Source: Ylistrum balloti
Lineage: Eukaryota
Direction of reading: 5' to 3'
DNA: 64,000 bases
NCBI RefSeq assembly: GCF_031769215.1
Contig: NW_026782237.1
Span: 1,116,001 to 1,180,000, forward strand
This document shows positions 12,320-25,033 of this stretch, in pieces. Positions within the stretch are counted from its first letter, which is position 1, and the number at the start of each line of letters is the position of its first letter. Both the position numbers and the translations under genes were made by a program. The notes under the pieces were generated by a model, which had not been told where the DNA came from, made no database searches, and saw only the letters and a program-made list of their open reading frames with translations.

Positions 12320-13130
12320 GTTGGTGAAGGACTTGTTTAAAAGAAGGCTCCCTGGAGAGACAAATGTGAATTGTGAATGGTGAGGAGCTTGTTACAATAA
12401 AGGTTTCCCATGGAGATAAATGTGAAGTGTGACTGATGAGGGCCTTGTAACAAAAATGTTCCTTAGAGAGAGATATGTGAACTGTGGCTTGTTTCGCTGA
12501 AGGTGGCTTACAGAGATAGATATGAAGTGTGGCTGTTGAGGGACTTGTAACAAAGAAAGCTTCCTAGACAGGTCATTGTAAATGTTACTGTTGAGGGTCT
12601 TGTAACAAAGAAAGCTTACAATACAGGTCATTGTAAATGTGACTGATGAGGGACTTGTAAGACTGAATGTTCCTTAGAGAGAGATATGTGAACTGTGGTT
12701 TGTTTCAGTGAAGGTGGCTTACAGAGATAAACATGAAGTGTGACTAATGAAAGTCTTGTAACAATAAATGGTCCTTAGAGAGAGATATGTGATCTGTGGG
12801 CTTGTTTCAATGAAGGTGCCTTACAGAGATAAATATGAAATGTGACTGGTGAGGGTCTTTTAACACAGAAAGCTTACAATGCAGGTCATTGTATATGTGG
12901 TTGATGAGGGTCTTGCATCAATCCAGATGCCCTTGACAGTTCATTGCAAATGTGGCTGGTGAGGGTCTAACAATGAAAGCTCCCTAGACAGGTCATTGTA
13001 AATGTCATTGTTGTGAGGCTTGTTTAAATGACAATTACCGAAAGAAGTCACTAAGAAGTTTGACTGGTGAGGAGCTTGTAAAGGGCCCCTAGATATGTAG
13101 CTTTTTTTATCACTGGTGAGGTACTTGTAC
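12320..13130 (+). repeat. Degenerate ~50-bp minisatellite with higher-order structure, TRMT1a 3' UTR or flank
   Basis: Recurrent gtgactgatgagggNcttgtaac...acaggtcattgtaaatg. The block ttccttagagagagatatgtgaactgtgg..gaaggtggcttacagagata recurs near 12460, 12670 and 12775. Confidence 0.8.
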
Positions 13131-14288
13131 CAAAGGAGGCAAAATGTAATTGGTAAGGGGCTTATAGCAGTCATCTTAGGAGAGAGTTGCTACTTGTCTT
13201 CCTAGAAAGGACACGGTCATGATTACAAAAAAATCATGTTAACAATTTTCAAAGCTGTCAAAAGTGAAAAGGATGCGTGTTTCAGTTTGATATTTTAAGA
13301 GAGCCCCCTAGCAGCAAGCTATGAACTTGGCTTATGCTCAAATTTCATCAAAATAATTCTTTTTTAAAACTTAAGCCTTATGAGCACATTGAAGTGGAAG
13401 AGGCCATTTTTGTAATGTGAAAATATGAAAACTAGTTATAGTCATGGCTTACTTTTAGCAGTATTCATGTCTTTTTGAAGCAACATCACAGTAAAATGAT
13501 ATTTTTGCTCTTTTGCCAATATTCTGCTTTGACAGAAAAAAACTTTTAAGAATTACATACTGGTATGTACATGGAAAGAATTCTAGCTCCATGTTGATCT
13601 GAATTATGGAAAAAAAACATTAAAATGGCACTCTTCATGGCATGCTATAACAAATCTTTAACAAGGTGTGGAGTGTGCTATTTTTCTACTTTTTATACAT
13701 TTCATTTCAATTATCTTAACCATCTGACACATCTTTCCAGAGTATGATTTAGATGTGTGAAAACTACAAATAGCCTTGTATCTGTGCCATTTCATTTAAA
13801 CAGAATTGATTCCACCAAAACTGCCACATAGTTATAATATTCACATGTCTAGCATAATTACCATACACAAACATTTATTTCATCCTATTCATTCCTAATT
13901 TCATTGAAGTGTACTCGATCATTGAAAAAATGAAAAAAGTTGGATTATAAAATCCTGAAAATTACCCAACTTTGAGGAACATGACTATTTGTGCGAGTTG
14001 ACTTAAATAATTAATCGGTTTTACTTGCAGACACTAACGCACAAGTTCAGACATGAAATAGCAGCAGAGATTAGTAACCTTCATTATGCTGTTATATGTA
14101 AAACTCTTTAATACCTAAGGAGGCCTTATGATGTCCCAAATATTTCCTCATTATAACACCCTGTTAAGCCCTGGGAGAAAAACCATGGAAATTTCAGTTG
14201 AACAGTTTGGACCTACACCAAATTAAACTATCTAGGTTTCTGGAATAAGACTTAAATTTGAACTTTAATCAACGTCTAGTTCAATATG

Positions 14289-14903
14289 TCATGCGCTTAC
14301 CCAAATGAATTTATATTCTGCATCCACCACTGCCACTAATACTATCGAATGGAATCCCTTATGATTATAATACAAGGACCTACCATTATTCGGACACCTC
14401 ATGGCAATGTGTTTTCCATCCGGAGCTCCAACATCATGATGAAGATTCCAGCGGCTTTCGAACTGATCAGCTATCTCTCGCCATCCATCTGGTGTAGAAG
14501 GAATGGCTATAACTTCATCCGAGTATTCTGCCAGAAAAGCTTCGCACACTTCACGGGTCACCATGGATATGGTGTTGTGGGCAACACGGAAACTGTACAT
14601 CAGGCTTTTGTAACTGTCCCTGGTTGCAAAATGTCAGAGAGTGATGGTCAGTTTACATCCAGGTTCAATTGCCTTTCAAAACCAGGTGACAGTTTTGGTT
14701 ATTCTTGGAGTCAGTCTAAACGGAAGTTCATTAAACATTGCTGGTTCCAGTCTTAGGAAGTTCCTGAAAGCAGATTTATCTGAGGGCAAAACATCTGCAA
14801 TATGAATCCAGAATAAAGATAGAAGGGATAGGATTTTAAGCAAAGTCGAAATGCTAGAGTCAATGCCGAGCAAAGAGTTTTTCTCGACCTTCACGACAAA
14901 CAT
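14289..14903 (-). mobile_element. PIF/Harbinger transposase (HARBI1-like DDE_Tnp_4) remnant
   Basis: FRVAHNTISMVTREVCEAF..WREIADQFESRWN..GAPDGKHIAMRCP..YYNHKGFHSIVLVAVVDAEYKFIWV; truncated and frameshifted. Confidence 0.88.
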
Positions 14904-15059
14904 TGCTCATTTCTGTAGAGAAATTTGAGTCGCTGGTTTACTTTTTTAACAATTGAATCTACTATTTCTTCACCTGATAGCAAGTCATTAATGCTATACA
15001 AAGATATTTTATACACTTCATAACTTTAATGTCATGATTATTGCACAATATTTTAAAAT

Positions 15060-15545
15060 TCATATTTGTAGGTTTATCCAATTTTCTTTTAGAGCCAAAA
15101 ATAATATTTTCTGTTTTACATAAATGAGAGAAAGCTTGTTATCCACTAACCATTCATGACAGAACTCTAACACCAAAGACATTTTTTGCGATATTACTGC
15201 TGGGTTTAGATGGGGAAAAAAGTGTAGCAGAATCGTCTGCATACAACATAACATGCAGTTAGAATCAATGCTGACTTGCATATCATTGACATTTATCAAG
15301 AACAGAAGAGGACCTAACAAATTCCCCTGAGGTACCCCACATTTTATGTTACATGACTCGGATGTTACTTCATTGATATTTACGATTTGTTTCCGTCCCG
15401 AGATAGGATCTAAACCATTTTAGTGATTCCACTCCAAGAACAGAGAGCTTCTCACATAAAATATTGTGGTCAGCTATATCAAATGCTTTTTGCAAGTCGA
15501 GCAATACCATACCTGTAAACAAGCCTTTGGAAGACTGAGATTTGA
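15060..15545 (-). mobile_element. LINE RT fragment, downstream half of the outer element of a nest
   Basis: Minus strand gives KGLFTGMVLLDLQKAF, then LGPLLFLINVNDM and a degenerate YADD (tatgcagacgat). Continues the frame broken at ~17485. Confidence 0.85.
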
Positions 15546-17484
15546 TATTTAATAGGATTTAATAGGATAATAGTGAACGCAGGCATTTCTGCCTCTGTAT
15601 TCACATCAATACAATGTATTATTAATATAAACATAATATTAGACTAGATACAAGATGCTGTATGATCGTACTTCAGTTCAAGATCTTTCCAGAAATCGTC
15701 TAGGTGTTTTTCAAAATCATGAACGTTAAGTGATGATATTGCCCATTGAGGGAGGCTATTCCAAGTATCAATTATTCTTTGAGTAAAATAATGTTTTCTG
15801 ACATTCAAATGACAATGTTTTTTAAATAATTTTTTACTATGTCCACGAGTTTTTCCTGCAGGGTCGAACATTCCCTCCACCAGCTTTGGATCAAATATCC
15901 CATTCATGAACTTAAACACGTTTATCATATCTCCACGTAGACGACTGTATATCAAGGTTGGGAGATTCAAACGGCGTAGCCTCTCATTGTAGCTTAAAGT
16001 TTTTACTACCGATGAAGGGAAGGTGTGAACGACACACTTACTATAGTATTAAACACACCTTCCCTTCATCGGTAGTAAACCGAAATATTTTGAGCCAACC
16101 CTCCCCCCCCCTTTCAAAAAAATAAATAAATAAATAAAACTAGTACAGAAGGACTATATGACTATATTCACTGTTAAGATGTTATGAATTCTCCGGTCCC
16201 AGTGATCTAACCTGTTGATATATATTTTGTACGTAAATTAGTTTAGTACTGAGTAACTTTCGTTTTCTCGTTGTACCATCGATGGAAAAGCAAGGTATCA
16301 TTGGGTGTAGAACGAAACAAATGGGACAACCCAATTAGGTCTGATCTGAAGCCACCTGTGACTTGGACTCTTCCAATTAACCTCTCGCGACAGTCGAGTG
16401 TTTGTAAAATGCCGATGTCTGCACAGTATTTTTTCACCTGGCTCCACCCACAATCGATCTAGACTTGGCTCTGCCAATCAGAGAGCTTGTTGCATAAATT
16501 TAAGGAATTCGATTGGTGAAGTACTTCAGTACAATACTATCAATACTTTGTTCAGTAATACAGTACTTGAAACGTTCACACCTTCCCTTCATCGGTAGTA
16601 AATCCCGGTAGTAGTTTTGTCGATCTCCTCTGGACATTTTCTATCCGTTCGATGTCCTTAATTCTGTGTGGGGACCAAAAACTTGCCGCGTACTCTAGGT
16701 GCGGTCGTACTAGAGCTTTAAACAAATTCCTGAACATATTTTCGTCCAAATAAACAAATGATCTTGTTACCATTCTATTAGCTTTATTTATTGCTTGTTG
16801 GATATGTGTTGTAAAACTTAAATCTTGATCTACCACAACTCCCAGGTCTTTTTCCAATGCAATGGTTTCCAATGTTATGATTTTACCTTCATTGTTTGTT
16901 ATATGATATTGCGATTCTCTTTTTTTATGTTTTGTTGACACAGTCATAACTTTACATTTATTTGGATGGAATCGTAATAGCCACTTATCCGACCACTTCA
17001 TCAAATTACAGAGATCTTCTTGGAGTAAGTGCTCATAGTTACCATCCGATATTGTTCTATAAAATTTAGTGTCATCCGCAAACATGTAGGTTGGTGAAGA
17101 TGTGCATTCCGGTAGATCGTTAATATGTATGACGAAAAGTATCGGACCTAGTACGCTCCCTTGGGGTATTCAGCTAATAACTTTGTGCTGTGCTGATGGT
17201 GTACCGTTAACAATAACTCTTTGTTTCCGATCTGTTAAAAAACTTTCAATCTATTCAACTAACTGAGTGCTAAAACCATAACCTCGGAGTTTGTTTAGAA
17301 GGCGTTTATGTGGAACTTTATCAAACGCCTTCATAAAGTCCATATACACTATATCCAATTCTCCGCCATTATCTAAAGTTGTAGTTCATCCATCCATGAC
17401 TTTCAGTAGTTGTAGCACTGTTGACCTCCCAGACAAAAATCCAAATTGTTTATCACTTAATAATTTGTTTTCCTCCATATGTAT
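15546..17484 (-). mobile_element. 5'-truncated CR1-type LINE inserted into the outer LINE
   Basis: KQFGFLSGRSTVLQLL, YMDFMKAFDKVPH, IPQGSVLGPILF, MFADDTK, LVRPHLEYAASFWSP..VQRRSTKLLPG, then RLNLPTLIYSRLRGDMI..TQRIIDTWNSLP. Short (TCCTATTAAA)2 tail near 15547-15568. Confidence 0.92.
16006..16598. mobile_element. 593-bp MITE with perfect 26-bp TIRs and TA target duplication (Tc1/mariner-type)
   Basis: CTACCGATGAAGGGAAGGTGTGAACG at 16006 and its exact reverse complement ending at 16598. TA at 16004-05 and 16599-600. Removing the element restores the RT frame PGFKTLSYNERLRRL. Confidence 0.93.
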
Positions 17485-17950
17485 AGTCTAACATATGTAT
17501 TAAACATGTGTCAGTAGAATATTTGCTTCTGAAATCGGACTGAAGTTCATAAAGTAAGTTATTTCTTATCAAAAAAGTTTCTAACTGGCTATACGTAGTG
17601 CATTCAAGAATTTTTGATTCTACACTTAGAATACTAACAGGTCTGTAGTTTTCGGCGTTAGGTCTATCTTTTTTCTTTAAAAGTGGTTTGACTTTGGCTA
17701 ATTTTAATTCATCTGGAACAATACCATCTGAAATTGACATATTTATAAGAAAAGTGAGGTGAATTTTAATAACTGGGGCAGCGTCTCTGTGAAATCTAGC
17801 TAGCAAACAATCAAGTACCACAGATTTAGATGTATTCAATTTACACAGCTCTTTATAAACAAAGTTTTCGCCCACGTGTTTTAAATTAAATTCGTTTCAA
17901 CTTTTCGATCTATAGAAGTTTATTTACTGTATCTGACGAAGCAACATATT
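17485..17950 (-). mobile_element. LINE RT fragment, upstream half of the outer element
   Basis: ORF 17453-17875: LINMSISDGIVPDELKLAKVKPLLKK..ENYRPVSILSVESKILE..QSDFRSKYSTDTCLIHMLDY. Confidence 0.88.
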
Positions 17951-18197
17951 TTCCCTTTCCTTGGGGAAACTCCTTAACTAAATTGGCAGCTACATTATTG
18001 GTTTCTTTTGCTGATCATGGCAAATTAGCTAAGGTATAAACAACCAAGCTGAGCTATATATGTATAGTGTCATTTTAATCTGTAATCATCCAGTTTTTTT
18101 ATCATCAGATACAGCTTCAGTTTGAAGTAGCTGATCAATTTCACTAGTGTTTTTCCTCTCAGACTGTTGATGAGATAATGAAAGATGTCTCCTTGTT

Positions 18198-19460
18198 TTA
18201 GAAGAATGAATCCAAGTGTAGACTGCTTCTTTCAGCTCGAAAAGTAGACAAAGTGTCTGGCATCAATTTGATCCTCATGAAATTGTGCAGGGTAACCTGA
18301 TTCATCCGAGATCTATATGTAGTTTTGAGCTTATTCATGGCACTAAAGGCTCTTTCACAGAGTGCTGTGCAAGCGGAGAGTGTCATCATAATTTTCACAA
18401 GGACTAGAATGGACTTCAAATTGTCTGGATTTAGTGTCAACAAGTTAGCACAAGCAATTTGAGGACATGTTGTTCGCTGTCTGCTCACTTAAACATGAAG
18501 CAAAGTGCACCAATATATCAGAAACTTGTTCATTGCCAAATGATCTCAAATCAGTCTCAGAGACTTACCATAAAGCCAACACCAACTTCCTAACAACATC
18601 TGTCACAAATAAGTCATCACTCTGGTAGCTTTCACCGAGATTTTTCAAAACTGAGGTTACATCAAGCATGAAATGTAAAAAATTCACAAACTGTTTTCAA
18701 TTCTGTTAACAGACCTAGATTTTGCTGCATCTTCTCTAGATCTTTGACGAACATGTTCTAAGTGGTAGACAGCAGCAGCATAGTGCTTCTCAAGAGCAAT
18801 CAAAGACCTGTGTCTACTGACTAACGGATTTGCAGTACTCCACTGAAATATGCCTGATTCTTTGAGTTCCCGCCGGGTTTTTTTTTTTTTTGTAATTTTA
18901 GAATAAAAGTAATATTTTAAGATACTTTTAACAGTATTTTGAAATTGCTGCAAATATGGAGCTGTCTTTACAGCATCCACAACTCCTAGTTCCCTGTTAT
19001 GTGCAACACAGTGGATTGCTAACTGATGAGGAACTTTCTCTGTTAACTTTGTAGCAACACCTGATTGTTTGCCCATCATTACGGCAGCACCGTCAAAATT
19101 GCAGCCAACTAGTTTGTTTTCAATATCAGCCTGAGATAACCCAACAGCCTGCAAACCCTTCTCAATGCCTAATAATACCCCCTCAGCAGTAGCATTTTCA
19201 AGTGTAACTACGTCACATAAATGTGTTTTGGGATAGCCTGAATGAGATCTAACCGACACTGCCTCTTGTTCTACTATTCCAGCATATGCACTATCATCAG
19301 AGAAAATTCAAATAACCAAGTTTCCTTCAACTCATCCACAACAGATTTGACTTTAGTTTCAGCTATTGATTTTATGAAGGTCGTACATACCTTATCATTT
19401 TTATATTTTGGACCAAGATCTACCACATTTTCCCCCTGTAAATTACAAAGACCTTGAAAT
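18198..19460 (-). mobile_element. hAT transposase remnant (ZNF862-like family), frameshifted
   Basis: GCNFDGAAVMMGKQSGVATKL..IHCVAHNRELGV, and the hAT dimerisation motif TALCERAFSAMNKLKTTYRSRM..LHNFMRI. Confidence 0.88.
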
Positions 19461-20403
19461 GAATTAAATGACTTATACTGCTTTGCAACATAAAATGCAG
19501 TGTCGAACAGAAAGCGAATTTGGTTTTGTATGTTATCACTTAGAGTAAGGGATATTTTTTAAAGGCCCAACATAATCTGGTCGACTACCAAGTTTCTTTT
19601 CACACTTTAAATGTTGTTTGGACTTGTGATGAGTAAGAGTGTCTTTCCTAAATTTTCCTGCACCCCCGGTTCCCTTAAAAAGCCACTATAATTGTCTGTT
19701 ATGCTAGGAAATTAACGACAAGCGGTACAATACATTTGATCTTTTTCCTCGTCATATTTAACGCATGAAAATTCCTTCGTCTACTAAGATTTGAAATTCC
19801 GTTTTTTCTCCTTTATGGTTTCTGATTGTGTCGCTTTAGAGTCCCCCTTACTCTCACTGCTAGTACCAACTTTAGTAAAGAAGGCATCGATAGTTCGTTT
19901 TGCCAATTTGTCGGTAGGCTTGAACACAACTTATTGCTGACATTAACTACGAGAAAAAAAAAGATAGATGATAAAATACGAAACGGTAGCCGCTATGCAC
20001 ATGCGATCCGGAATTCAATCAGCCAGATGAACACGTGTTGTCGATCTGATATATAATGACAGTTATCATTTGAATTTGTTTTCTTTATTTGAATTGTTTT
20101 CACTTACGTCTGTAATAAAATCATTCTAAATATGGATGCATAATTCTTTTAATTCCGGAACATGGTGCTATGTCCGGAGATATGTTACCCTATTATATCA
20201 ATCTACCTCAATGAAATGCTTGTATGAATTGATTCAGGTGCGTACTCACCATGCTGTACTCCGTTATTTGCGTGGTTCGCATACGTTGTACCGCGTTTTA
20301 ATACGGAGAGTAAACAATGGAAATTAAGACTGGTTGATCTTTTTACGTGACTTTAATTAATTTAGTGTCTATATTTATGGGGAAATACATTTTATAAAAC
20401 TAA

Positions 20404-20504
20404 TTGCACTCGTCCCAAGTGACGAGCCCAGTTGAAGAACCGCTCGACCTGGACCGTTTTTCACCCGTCCAGGACGGATGGACGAGTGCATTTTTCGCAC
20501 TCTG
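20404..20504 (-). mobile_element. Probable hAT-like transposon terminus with subterminal inverted repeat
   Basis: Inverted pair tgcactcgtcc (20405-) / ggacgagtgca (~20480-20490). Minus strand starts CAGAGTGCGAAAAATGCACTCGTCC. The matching other end was not found. Confidence 0.4.
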
Positions 20505-21881
20505 ACTCCATTGTTCTCCACATATATGATATGACAACATCATATGATTAGAGGTCATGTTCTGGTGACACTTGCAACCCTCTGTACTTAACTCGGGGAG
20601 AATGGTCAAATTCACTATCTCGTCTGATACAAGTCATTTTGTTACAACATTGTAAGACCAATGTGATTGAAACTCGGATCCTAAGATGCTCTCCACAAAA
20701 GAGTGAAAAAAGACCCAGCATTTTAAAAGGACATAATGTAACGAAATGCATTAATGCACGTAAAATTGCCACAAATAGGACCATGCAAGATATTTCACCC
20801 ACCTTCATTTACTTTCAAGATTCAGTAGACTGAAAATTATTGAGCTGATTAAATGCATGTCAGATTCTTTGTGGAAAATAACAGTGAGAACTAGGATTTG
20901 CATTTTAATTAGATTGTGTTGTCTTTCCACAAATACTACTTGAATGCTGACCCTGGCAGGGGTCACTGATTTACCTAAGTTATGGTAAGGCTGGCATTCT
21001 AATGTTCATTGTGAACTTATTTTCAAGTTCAAGCAATGGGATTAACCGGTGCAGCTGACATTTTGCATGGAATGGTTCTAATAGCCACAACCAGTGTTAT
21101 ATGGCTACCAACTTGAAGACCTCATTTTAAACTTCTTCTCTACTTGCTTTGATGCCATTGAGCAGAAACTGGTTAGGATATTCAGGAAAGGGTGCTGATA
21201 ATATCTTTTTCTGTATGGCTGCCACAGCAACCATTTTTGTAATATGATTGCACAGTTGTGGCCTTCCTGCACAAAATTAATTGTGAACTTCTCTGAGATT
21301 TAGCAGGAACTTTGAAAGATTCTTTGATGGTCCCTATCACGTTTAGCTGTCCTCAGCTGTAGGTGGCCACTATGGCTGCTGTTTTAATGAAAAAAATAAT
21401 ATCTACCCCAGGTCCAAATGATGCCATTGTTTTGAAAATTTATGGGGATGTTAAGGAAATATGCCAATTTAGAATATAGAGAACTGATAGATAATAAATG
21501 ATTATTAATGTTGATTGTAGAGTAGAAGTGTTCTACCAGACTTTAAATAAGCATTTATGACATGATGTATTTGTGTTAGCCAATAAGCATTACTAAACAA
21601 TTTCAGCATGAGAAAATAAGGGAAGGACAAAGAAGTATGAGAGGAAAAAAGACTGTAAATTTTGCTAAAATGAAAGTTACTTTAGTTGAAATATTTTCAT
21701 GGGTACAACTTCTGTATAAAAATCAACCTTCAGTATACATACCACTATATATCTGGTGCATTCCTTAAAATGATATAACATGGGAATATGATTTTCCTAA
21801 TTCATGACAGAAATTTTAATTTTGATTCAGAGAATATGTTTGTTTTTATTAGCACACAGCAGATTCTACCAGATGTGAACA

Positions 21882-24800
21882 ATGCTGTATCGGGTGATGT
21901 TCAGATGGATGTGTAAGTCGTTACCCAAGAGGAGAGTGCAATGTCTTTGTTTTCACACCAGTTCTAGTGTGAACATAAAAGAATTCAGTGAGGATTCTCG
22001 GTACAGTAAAGTCAACGAGGGAAAGGCAGAAATACTCCACCCAGCTAATGTGTTCTACAATCGAGTTCAGGAGTTTAACAGGGACCTCACTGTGGCTGTA
22101 ATTTCAAACTTTGTTCAAATACGTCAACAGGAGATTAGGCGTAGTAAAGCGCGGAGAAGTGATTGTGTAACTGAGAAACATGTCATAGCAGACGATGATA
22201 TTGAGGTACCAACTGGAAGTACATATGATCATGAGGTTATGGAAGCTGGGAGGAAGTATGCTGATGGTATATCAATTTTGGAAGGCCTAGCAGCATCTGG
22301 GCTGCGGTCAATCAGGTTTGGGTTAGAGATTCCAGGTGTGAAGCGAATTGTCACCAATGATTATGATAAAACTGCTGTAGAAGTTATACAAAAAAACATA
22401 GAGAGAAATAAACTTGAACACCTCGTCACTTCCAGCTTAGGAGATGCTTCTATGGTAATGTACATGAGTAAAGGAACAGATGCTGCATTTGACGTGATTG
22501 ACCTTGACCCTTATGGAGGTGCAACCCCGTTTCTTGATGCTGCAGTGCAGTCTGTTGGAGAAGGAGGTTTACTGTGTGTCACATGTACAGACATGGCACT
22601 TCTTTGTGGAAACACACCAGAAAGTTGTCGGGCAAGATATGGAACTATGTCATACAGATCGGTTTACTGTAAGGAAATGGCACTCCGCATCCTTCTGCAG
22701 TCTCTGGAGACGACTGCTAACAGATATTCAAGGTATATTGTGCCAATGATATCTATCAGTGCTGACTTCTACATTCGAGTTTTTGTGAGAGTTTTCACAA
22801 GTGCAGCAAAAGTTAAACTCTCATCACTTAAGTTGGCTAACATTTATCACTGCTCAGGTTGTGGGGCTTTTACCATTCAGAAGCTGGCTAGAAAATTACA
22901 AACAAAAGGTGACAATTTGCAAATGGCTGCAGCACATGGGCCTCCTGTCACAGAGATATGTGAACATTGTGAACACAAACACTATGTTGTAGGTCCAGTA
23001 TGGGCGGACAGACTTCATGACACAGATTTTGTGAAAAAGGTCATCAGTTATGTACAAAAGAAGTCATCTGACTTTCAGACCCACAAGAGAATAGTCGGCA
23101 TGCTTAGCCTGGTCAGTGAGGAGCTCAAAGATTGTCCCATGTATTATGTCATTGATGATTTGTGCAAGAAAATTCACGTCAGAGAAATGAAGCAGGAATT
23201 ATTTATGTAAGTATTACTAAAAACACCTATAATTTGATGATATTGACTCTTGATGTGTTTTTGATGTGGAATTTGTTATTAATTAACCTCTGCTCCAAAA
23301 AAGGTAACATTTATACTTTTAATGTACCTGTATGGAAGTTAAGTACATTGCCAATAGTACATTCACAAACAAAATTTGATAAGTTGTGTTGTTCTTTATT
23401 TTTTTTTCAAAATTGAACAAAATGCCCATTTCTGTAACTTTTAACTTGAAATACAAAGATGCAGTTGCATAACAACGTATTATATTCATTAGCGCATATG
23501 CACCACTTTTCAGAAATACAAAGTTTAGGTCAGGTGGTGATAAAATCTACATCCCATGTGTCTGAGCAGGTCTTAATCCATGATTCTTAACAATAAAAAT
23601 CAGTTCTTTTCATATATTTCTTGTTCAATCAGCTATGGATTCTGTATAAAAATCACTGTTAAATAAATTTTTCCATTAAATCCATCTCAAGCTTAACATT
23701 CATAAAACTTAATAATTTTAGTTAAAATGACTTTATAATATGGAATAATGTTAGTCCAGAATGGGATTGCCTCTGACCTGGGAACAGTTGTGCTAAAGTT
23801 TTCAATGGTATTATACTTTGGATGCCTTAATTAACTCAGAAATGTTTTTTGAAAATTTTGTTTCAATGGAAATAATCATAAAAAGCTGATAATGTGTCAT
23901 TATTTCAAGGGAGACAATTAAGATGTCATGATGACATGACTTGTGAAAAAAAATGTAAAGATTATTGTTATTAATAATATTTCTGTAAAACCAAGCTTTA
24001 ATTTGTTGCGATATCAATTCTGTTACATGCAGTTGATTTGTGTTGCATCCTATAAGTAGGTCATAGGATATATGTTTGGGATAATTTTTAAAACTTAGAA
24101 GTGTTTTTTTATAGAAAAGGTTCAGTCCAGTTGTTTCTGTATGGCTCTGATTATCTAACAGTTATGTCAGTATTTAATTGTAAGAAACTCTATCTGGTGT
24201 CAAGTTTCTTTTGTTATGTATGCTCACAGAACCTTCCTTATTTCTAGGTCTGCTTTGTTGAATGCTGGTTTTGAAGTTTCCTTGTCTCATGCTGAACAGA
24301 ATTCCATCAAGACAAATGCATCAAACAGGGATATTTGGGTAAGATAACATTGTAGATGTAAATCTATGGAGGGCCACTGAGGCTCACTAGATGTATCTAT
24401 AGTACTATCATTACTTTGACTGGATTTCTGATCAGATCCAAAAGTCAAGTCTGGAAATTTGGGTTTAAGTCAGAGCCAGCAGAGATATTTAGGACTGTAT
24501 TGTTGCATAACAATGGTAACCACAAATATAGAGAGGACATAACTTGAAGTTTGAGGTGGAAATGTCCATTTTCTACTGCATCTACCGGGGTACTTACAAA
24601 ATTGATCATGTGATAAAAAGAATATTAAACTTGTCTCCATTTGATATATGATTTATGGAGCATCATGCATTTTTTATGTACCTCACCAATGACTTACTAA
24701 AATGGAAAATTCATGAGAATTACTTAGCAACAGATACATGACCGTTGGGTTACTTGTTAATTTTGTTCTTATCTTCAGGACATTATTAGATCATGGGAGA

Positions 24801-25033
24801 AGATACATCCAGTGCACGAGAAGAGGCTTGTAACAGGTTCAGTCACAGTCAATATTCTATCTAAAGAGCCAGTCCTCAAGGTGTCCTTTAAGCACCACTC
24901 AGGAGCCTCACAGGATTCTAAGAAAAAGGGACTGGCAGGATACCATAATAATCAGGAAAAAAATTGGGGACCAAAGCCAAAGACTAAACGATCAAAGGTT
25001 GGTTGTTTAGGATCTGTGAGAAACAAGTGGTAG
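21882..25033 (+). CDS. TRMT1: tRNA (guanine26-N2)-dimethyltransferase, paralogue B (~556 aa), predicted mitochondrial form
   Basis: Exons 21882-23206, 24248-24338, 24779-25033, with the same intron positions as paralogue A. N-terminus MLYRVMFRWMCKSLPKRRVQCLCFHTSSSVNIK is Arg/Ser-rich with no acidic residue. Stop occurs before the basic tail. An alternative donor aag|gttggt at 24998 cannot be excluded. Confidence 0.92.

Noticed and set aside
20404-20492. Hairpin as a structured ncRNA
   Set aside because: Better explained as a transposon subterminal inverted repeat near the hAT remnant.
8570-25033. TRMT1 pair as a haplotig or assembly duplication
   Set aside because: Introns, N-termini and last exons are strongly diverged; only the catalytic exons are near-identical.
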